Below, piece after piece: positions 58,592 through 64,000 of a DNA stretch of 64,000 nucleotides. The stretch comes from an uncultured Aquimarina sp. GTDB lineage: Bacteria > Bacteroidota > Bacteroidia > Flavobacteriales > Flavobacteriaceae. The number at the start of each line of letters is the position of its first letter. Within the stretch, counting starts at the first letter, position 1. A program made the translations under genes and the position numbers. The stretch spans positions 931,975-995,974 of the forward strand of contig NZ_CANLOZ010000001.1 of assembly GCF_947492965.1 (NCBI RefSeq), given 5' to 3'. Below the pieces are notes generated by a model that was given only the letters and a program-made list of their open reading frames with translations, was not told where the DNA came from and ran no database searches.

Positions 58592-59269
58592 TTATATTCG
58601 ATATAGGACTCCGAAATAAAAATTATCTAATCCTATAGAAGTAACAAATCTATCGTTTTCGAAAGAAGAAGTACTATTATTATCCTGATTAACTGCATTA
58701 CCCTTTGTTTTTTCATATCCAATTCTTCCTATTCTTGAGGTTAAGGATAGTCTTTTATTTAAGAATAAATTGATTCCAGGGCTTAAACCAATAGCAAAGC
58801 TTTCTGTTTCTCTTTCTCCTGTGGTAGTAATTACTTGTGTATTAAAAGATCTGCTGTCTCCATTTAGTTTGGTATAAGAAGTGGCGATTTCTGAAAAAAG
58901 TGAAATTCTTTTTTTAGGAGTAAAAAAATATTTACCAGATATGCCAGCAATATAACCCGATTGATCAAATCTGGATATCGTTTCCGTCTCAGAATGTTGA
59001 TTAAGATACCCCAGATTAGCACCTATCATAAAATGATCAGAAATGAAATATCCAATTTCGGGAATGATGGCTAGGTTACTAGAGTTTTGATCATTGCTAA
59101 AATAATCTATATCACTAATATATTCTGATGAGCTATTTGTTTTTGAGTAATTTATAGATCCAGAAATGGTAAAATCTCCTTTGTTGAACCCATATGTTGT
59201 TTCATCTTGAGCAATAGTATTTGAGTACCCTAGTAAAGCTACTAGGATTGATAAAATAAAAGTTTTCAT
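58592..59269 (-). CDS. Outer-membrane beta-barrel (OmpA-TM / porin-like) protein
   Basis: Signal peptide; GFNKGDF and PEIGYFISD motifs; amphipathic strands. Confidence 0.8.
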   Translation of the reverse strand: MKTFILSILVALLGYSNTIAQDETTYGFNKGDFTISGSINYSKTNSSSEYISDIDYFSNDQNSSNLAIIPEIGYFISDHFMIGANLGYLNQHSETETISRFDQSGYIAGISGKYFFTPKKRISLFSEIATSYTKLNGDSRSFNTQVITTTGERETESFAIGLSPGINLFLNKRLSLTSRIGRIGYEKTKGNAVNQDNNSTSSFENDRFVTSIGLDNFYFGVLYRI

Positions 59270-59463
59270 TAGTCTGAAATTTAAGATTAAAATTATATTC
59301 AAATACCGGTATTGTTGCTTCTAATGACGTTTCACTTAAAATGGTGTTTGTTAATAAAATCCCAAATTTGATGGTTGTTGTTTTTTTATGTTTATTTCTG
59401 CAACGGATAGTAAATATTGGTGTTCTTTCTTAATTAGAGTGTTCTTAAATTAGTCGGTTTCTT

Positions 59464-60342
59464 ATGAAAAAATATGTTTTTGTTGGATTGGTAATAGTTG
59501 TTTTAATTCTTTTGATTAGAACCACTTCTAAAGGTAGACATCTAACAAATCATGTAAAAGGAACAATAACAGAAATGGTTTCCTCTCCTAATTATATCAA
59601 TAAAGAAGGTGATTCGATTCTTACCAGAGTAGCGTTGCCTGAAGGTTACAAAAGGAAAGAATATTCTAAAGGTTCTTTCCAGGATTATCTACGAAATTAC
59701 CCATTAAAAACGTATGGATCACCAATTATAAATTATGATGATAGTAAGTATTTTGCTCAGCATTGGCATGATGCTATTTTAGAAGTTCCAGTTCCAAAAA
59801 ATGGATTGCAACAATGTGCTGATGCACTGATGCGATTAAGAGCTGAATATTTATGGGAGAAGAATCGGAAAGACGAAATAGGTTTTAATTTTACTTCAGG
59901 GCACTATTGTTCATGGAAAAAATATGCCGAAGGGTATAGACCAAAAATAAAAGGCAATAAAGTTAGCTTTCATAAGACAGCTGCCGCAAACAATTCTGAA
60001 GCGAATTTTTATAGATATTTGAATTTGATTTTCACCTATGCAGGCACCTTGTCTTTAAGTACAGAACTGCCAAAAGTTGCCATAAAGGATCTAAAAATCG
60101 GAGATATGTTAGTAAAACCTGGAACTCCTGGACATATCGAGATTATTGTTGATCATGCTGTTGATGAAAATGGGAAATCACTCTTTTTGTTAGCGCAAGG
60201 AAATACTCCAGCGCAAAATGTGTGTTTGCTTAAAAATTTTGAAGATACGAAGATCTCTCCTTGGTATAGGTTTGCGGAAAATGAATCCGTATATACTCCA
60301 AGTTATTATTTTGAAAATCCAATTTTTATTAGGTTCAAATAA
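59464..60342 (+). CDS. DUF4846 domain protein
   Basis: LQQCADALMRLRAEY, YAGTLSL and GHIEIIVD motifs. Confidence 0.85.
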   Translation: MKKYVFVGLVIVVLILLIRTTSKGRHLTNHVKGTITEMVSSPNYINKEGDSILTRVALPEGYKRKEYSKGSFQDYLRNYPLKTYGSPIINYDDSKYFAQHWHDAILEVPVPKNGLQQCADALMRLRAEYLWEKNRKDEIGFNFTSGHYCSWKKYAEGYRPKIKGNKVSFHKTAAANNSEANFYRYLNLIFTYAGTLSLSTELPKVAIKDLKIGDMLVKPGTPGHIEIIVDHAVDENGKSLFLLAQGNTPAQNVCLLKNFEDTKISPWYRFAENESVYTPSYYFENPIFIRFK

Positions 60343-60380
60343 CACTACATTTTTAGAGAGAGTGGTATCTTTGCAATATT

Positions 60381-60758
60381 ATGTCCAGAATTTTAACGAA
60401 ACAAGAGTTGCATAATCTAGCAATGAATATTGTTGGAGAAGATTTAGAGAAGAAAGGTTATGAATTTATTGCTATTAATAGCAAATTAGGGAAGCATCCG
60501 CAGTTCGTATGTATCGATAAATCTAATCAGCGCTATTTTGTAATTGTCAAAGCGATTGCGTATCCAGATAACCCTCATAATTATGATATGATTTGGATGG
60601 AAGCTTTTAAGAAACATGCCAGAGAACAAGAAGCTAAAGTGTTTTATGCTGGGGTGGGATTACAAAACTCGGAAAACCCAAATAAGCCCGTTTTTTTGAA
60701 TGAAGAATATGTGTTAGAATATGCTGGACTGCAAGTTATTGAAACACATCTCAATTAA
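60381..60758 (+). CDS. Conserved hypothetical protein upstream of apbE
   Basis: 125-aa ORF in operon with apbE; no Fe-S or flavin motifs. Confidence 0.75.
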   Translation: MSRILTKQELHNLAMNIVGEDLEKKGYEFIAINSKLGKHPQFVCIDKSNQRYFVIVKAIAYPDNPHNYDMIWMEAFKKHAREQEAKVFYAGVGLQNSENPNKPVFLNEEYVLEYAGLQVIETHLN

Positions 60759-60768
60759 TTTTTTTAGA

Positions 60769-61758
60769 ATGAGAAGCCTTCTTTTTTTATTCCTTTTTAT
60801 AGGTCTATTTTCCTGTAAACAAACTCCAAAAAAAAAATTAAATTATACCAATGGAACTGCCTTTGGAACTACTTTTTCTGTTCAGTTTATAGCTCCTAAA
60901 GAAATTGATCTTTCTGCATCTTATGATAGTATCGTTGCTGTTATCAATACCTCTATGTCAACCTATCAAAAGGATTCTGATATATCTAAAATTAATAGTG
61001 GAGATACTACGATAGTTATTGATAGTCACTTTAAGAAAGTATTTCAAGCATCAAAAAAGATATACAAACAAACAGATGGTGTTTTTGACCCTACTATAGG
61101 CGTTTTAGTAAATGCTTGGGACTTTGGACCAGAAGGGAAAGTAATAGCACTAGATAGTCTTAAAATAGATAGTTTGTTGGTTTCAGTAGGGTTAAATAAG
61201 GTTAGTTTACAAAATGATAAAATTGTAAAACAATACCCTAATACATTTATTGATTTTAATGCTTTGGCAAAAGGATATGCAGTAGATGTTTTTGCCGAGT
61301 TTTTAGAAACTAAAAATATAGAAAACTATTTAGTTGAAATCGGTGGCGAAATTAGAGGTAAAGGAAGTAATTTGATCAAAGAAAAGCCATGGAGAATAGG
61401 AGTAGAAGATCCTAATTTTGATGATACTCAGTCTTATAGTAAAGTAATAACTTTACAAGAAGGAGCTATGGCAACTTCTGGAAGCTATCGTAAGTTTAAA
61501 ATCGACGAAAATGGGAATCGATATGCTCATATAATTAATACTAAAACGGGCTATCCTTCTAAATCAAACGTACTTAGTGTTTCTGTTCTTGCAAAAAGTT
61601 GTATGGAAGCTGACGCATATGCCACAGCTTTAATGTCTATGGGATTAGAAAAATCGAAAGATTTTTTAAGCGCACATTCCGAAATAAAAGTATACTTCAT
61701 TTACGAAAATGATCAAAAAGAAATAACAACACTTGCTGTTAATGGTTTTCCAGATTAA
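60769..61758 (+). CDS. apbE: FAD:protein FMN transferase
   Basis: FSC lipobox; FDPTIG, DFNALAKGY, ATSG, HIINTKTG and ADAYATA motifs. Confidence 0.95.
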   Translation: MRSLLFLFLFIGLFSCKQTPKKKLNYTNGTAFGTTFSVQFIAPKEIDLSASYDSIVAVINTSMSTYQKDSDISKINSGDTTIVIDSHFKKVFQASKKIYKQTDGVFDPTIGVLVNAWDFGPEGKVIALDSLKIDSLLVSVGLNKVSLQNDKIVKQYPNTFIDFNALAKGYAVDVFAEFLETKNIENYLVEIGGEIRGKGSNLIKEKPWRIGVEDPNFDDTQSYSKVITLQEGAMATSGSYRKFKIDENGNRYAHIINTKTGYPSKSNVLSVSVLAKSCMEADAYATALMSMGLEKSKDFLSAHSEIKVYFIYENDQKEITTLAVNGFPD

Positions 61759-61880
61759 GTGAATTAGTTATTCTGATCATTAGTTCACTCATTGAAGATT
61801 CGAGTTCCCTAATTTTGGCTTTCTTTTGATAGGTACTTCAATTAGTTTTAAGGTGTAACGCAAAAGAGATAGTATAATTA

Positions 61881-61907
61881 GCAACATAGTTGCTTTTTAA
61901 TTCGTCT
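61881..61907 (+). promoter_or_regulatory. Candidate ECF-type promoter upstream of the ECF sigma gene
   Basis: GCAAC-N17-CGTCT. Confidence 0.45.
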
Positions 61908-61995
61908 TTTGTAGAGAAGCCTACTTTTTATGTAACAATGGAACAAAAATTGATACTGATAAAGTGGGGTATTAACTAACTAATTATTCATCAAT

Positions 61996-62598
61996 ATGGG
62001 GCAACATGATGAAAACACTATTTTTCAAGGTATCCGAAATGGAGATCCGCAAGTCTTAAAGAGTTTTTATAACAGAAATTTTACTATTATTCTTAGTTAT
62101 ATTACTCGAAATTCTGGAAATGAGAATGATGCCGAAGACATCTTTCAGGATGCTTTAATTTCCTTATATCAGTTTTTAAAAAAGGAAGATACATTACATT
62201 TGCGGTGTTCGATTCATACCTATTTTTATAGTATCTGTAGAAATTTATGGATTAGTAAATTACGCAGAGCTGGGAAAGTTTCTTGTTGTGGAAAAATCAA
62301 TGAAATTGCATTAGAGTTGGAGCCTTCCATTCTCGAAGATGCAGAGGTAAAAGAACAAGAGCAATTATACCGAAAGCATTTGTTAAGTCTTAATTGTAAG
62401 TGTAAGAATATACTTTTTTTGTTTTTTGAAGGAAAGAGCATGAAAGAAATATCTAAACTTACTAATTATTCTGAAGGATACGTTCGAAAAAGAAAATTCG
62501 AATGTAAAGAATATTTAATTCAATTGATTGAAAATGATCCTTTGTATAAAGAATTGATATTGTCGAGTAGAAGAAATATAAGAAAAAATGTTTCTTAG
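61996..62598 (+). CDS. ECF-family RNA polymerase sigma factor
   Basis: DAEDIFQDA (region 2) and SMKEIS...YVRKRK (region 4.2). Confidence 0.9.
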   Translation: MGQHDENTIFQGIRNGDPQVLKSFYNRNFTIILSYITRNSGNENDAEDIFQDALISLYQFLKKEDTLHLRCSIHTYFYSICRNLWISKLRRAGKVSCCGKINEIALELEPSILEDAEVKEQEQLYRKHLLSLNCKCKNILFLFFEGKSMKEISKLTNYSEGYVRKRKFECKEYLIQLIENDPLYKELILSSRRNIRKNVS

Positions 62599-62609
62599 AA
62601 ACTGAGTTA

Positions 62610-63374
62610 CTATTTCGAACAAACTGGTAGTATTTCTCCAGGAGCAAGACAGTATTTAACTACTTCTTCTTCAGTAAGTCTATTTGTGTAGTCAACTTCT
62701 TCTACTTTAAAACCTATGGATCTTAGTTTATCGAAATAATCTTTACCGTACACTCTTACATGATCGTATTGCCCAAAAATCTTTGCACGTTCTTTTGGAT
62801 CAGTAATACTATTATCTTCGAAGGTGATATCTCTGCTAAGGTCTTGAGGTATTTGTAAAATAGCCATTCCACCTGGCTTAAGTACTCTCAATAATTCCTG
62901 CATAGCTTTGGTGTCATCAGGAATATGTTCTAACACATGATTACAAAAGATAATATCATATTCATTTGAAGCAAAAGGGAGATCACAAATATCTGCCTTA
63001 ACATCTGCAAGTGGTGAGTTTAAGTCTGTAGTAGTGTATTCAAGGTTTTTTAATCTTCTAAACCTTTTATAAAAAGCTTGTTCCGGAGCAAAATGTAAAA
63101 CTTTATGTTTTTTAGTGAAAAAATCGGTTTCATTTTTAAGATATAACCATAATAATCTATGGCGCTCTAATGATAGTGTTGATGGAGAAAGTACATTTTC
63201 TCTTTGGTTACCATATCCATAAGGAAGAAACTTCGAAAAGCTTTTATCGTCAATTGGATCCGTAAAAGTGTTTCCTTTTAGGAAAAAAGAAATGACAGGT
63301 CGAACCAAATAGCTAAGACGAATTAATATAGGTCTTGGTATGGTATTTAATATGAATTTGAAGAGTTTTTTCAT
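62610..63374 (-). CDS. Class I SAM-dependent methyltransferase
   Basis: VLHFAPE, ADICDLPF, CNHVLEH and RVLKPGG motifs; ATG at 63374. Confidence 0.9.
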   Translation of the reverse strand: MKKLFKFILNTIPRPILIRLSYLVRPVISFFLKGNTFTDPIDDKSFSKFLPYGYGNQRENVLSPSTLSLERHRLLWLYLKNETDFFTKKHKVLHFAPEQAFYKRFRRLKNLEYTTTDLNSPLADVKADICDLPFASNEYDIIFCNHVLEHIPDDTKAMQELLRVLKPGGMAILQIPQDLSRDITFEDNSITDPKERAKIFGQYDHVRVYGKDYFDKLRSIGFKVEEVDYTNRLTEEEVVKYCLAPGEILPVCSK

Positions 63375-63387
63375 AAATGTAGAATTA

Positions 63388-63424
63388 CGCAAAGGACACT
63401 AAGAAAACCCAAAGTTTCTCAAAG
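63388..63424. repeat. Left heptamer array flanking GxxExxY
   Basis: cgcaaag-ga-cactaag-aaaa-cccaaag-ttt-ctcaaag. Confidence 0.8.
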
Positions 63425-63425
63425 T

Positions 63426-63797
63426 TTACATTATAAAACGTTTTATTCCATTTTTAAGCAAACTTACATGGAAATTAATAAGAAGTCCAAGTTTATATTC
63501 TCCGAGTTTTAAGTAAGTGAGAATTTGTGCAGAATGAACATCCGTAAAATATTCTACCGTTTTTAATTCTATAACAACTCTGTTTTCTACTAGGATATCA
63601 ATTCGGTAACCTTGGTCCAGTTTAATTTCTTTGTATACTACTGGTAATGGTTTTTCTTTATGGATTTTTAATCCTCTTTTTTTTAATTCATAACACAAAC
63701 ACTCCTGATAAGCAGATTCAAGTAAGCCTGGTCCAAGATTTTTATGAACTTCTATAGCACATCCAATTACAATTTTAGATATTTCGTCTTCTGTCAT
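63426..63797 (-). CDS. GxxExxY protein (PD-(D/E)xK nuclease-like)
   Basis: GPGLLESAY and RIDILVE...IELK motifs. Confidence 0.93.
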   Translation of the reverse strand: MTEDEISKIVIGCAIEVHKNLGPGLLESAYQECLCYELKKRGLKIHKEKPLPVVYKEIKLDQGYRIDILVENRVVIELKTVEYFTDVHSAQILTYLKLGEYKLGLLINFHVSLLKNGIKRFIM

Positions 63798-63801
63798 TCT
63801 T

Positions 63802-63839
63802 CTTGGAGATCCTTCGTGAATTCTTAGTGAATCTTTGTG
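63802..63839. repeat. Right heptamer array, inverted relative to the left
   Basis: cttggag-atc-cttcgtg-aatt-cttagtg-aat-ctttgtg. Confidence 0.8.
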
Positions 63840-63853
63840 AAATAATAAAAAAA

Positions 63854-64000
63854 CTAAACTACCAGTAATTCTTGTCTAAAAGCATCTTCCTCATCAGATT
63901 CAATACCTAAAGCCTGGTAGATATATTTAAATGTAGAAAGTATTTCTGGTTTACCGTCTATAATAGCAACATCATGCTCAAAATGTGCACTTGGTTTTCC
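63854..64000 (-). CDS. map: Methionine aminopeptidase type I, C-terminal 48 aa (truncated by the window edge)
   Basis: Hand translation GKPSAHFEHDVAIIDGKPEILSTF...; SAHFEH metal motif. Confidence 0.9.
   Translation of the reverse strand, partial: GKPSAHFEHDVAIIDGKPEILSTFKYIYQALGIESDEEDAFRQELLVV

Noticed and set aside
590-62702. Numerous short antisense or overlapping track ORFs (for example 5422-5664, 19687-19980, 54953-55321, 56099-56434)
   Set aside because: Shadow frames of well-supported genes with no independent motifs
1-64000. tRNA, rRNA, IS transposases, integrases, prophage and classical defence systems
   Set aside because: No supporting motifs seen anywhere in the window

Overview
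An AT-rich window from a marine Flavobacteriaceae (Bacteroidota) chromosome. The assignment rests on TAnnTTTG promoters, a region-1.1-less RpoD, T9SS genes porT and plug, tamL, Na+-NQR and a PL6 lyase; an Aquimarina-like genus is only a guess. Most of the window is conserved core: rpoD, rpe, pnp-rpsO, accD-fbaA-tamL-trmH-porT-ubiE, trkAH, aspC, rsmG, pruA, apaG, nqrA-F, apbE and a partial map. No rRNA, tRNA, CRISPR array or IS transposase was seen. The most notable accessory features are these. (1) A tandem array of five near-identical 28-codon cationic-peptide ORFs plus a longer 48-aa paralogue on the minus strand (2070-2856), missed by the ORF track and sitting inside a sulfur-handling cluster. 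The copies show synonymous-biased divergence, and indels are confined to the spacers. (2) An uncharacterised HTH regulator whose island carries four promoters with identical geometry: two TTGTGAT-N-ATCRCAA boxes 31 bp apart, with the -7 element 67 bp from box 1. (3) A GxxExxY nuclease-fold gene flanked by inverted arrays of four heptamers spaced about one helical turn apart. (4) A secreted protein built from three 96-aa near-identical repeats. (5) Tandem BLUF proteins next to rpoD. (6) A FadR-type operator over the promoter of a stand-alone PL6 lyase. (7) A structured pnp leader. All family calls come from motif recognition by eye, with no database searches.
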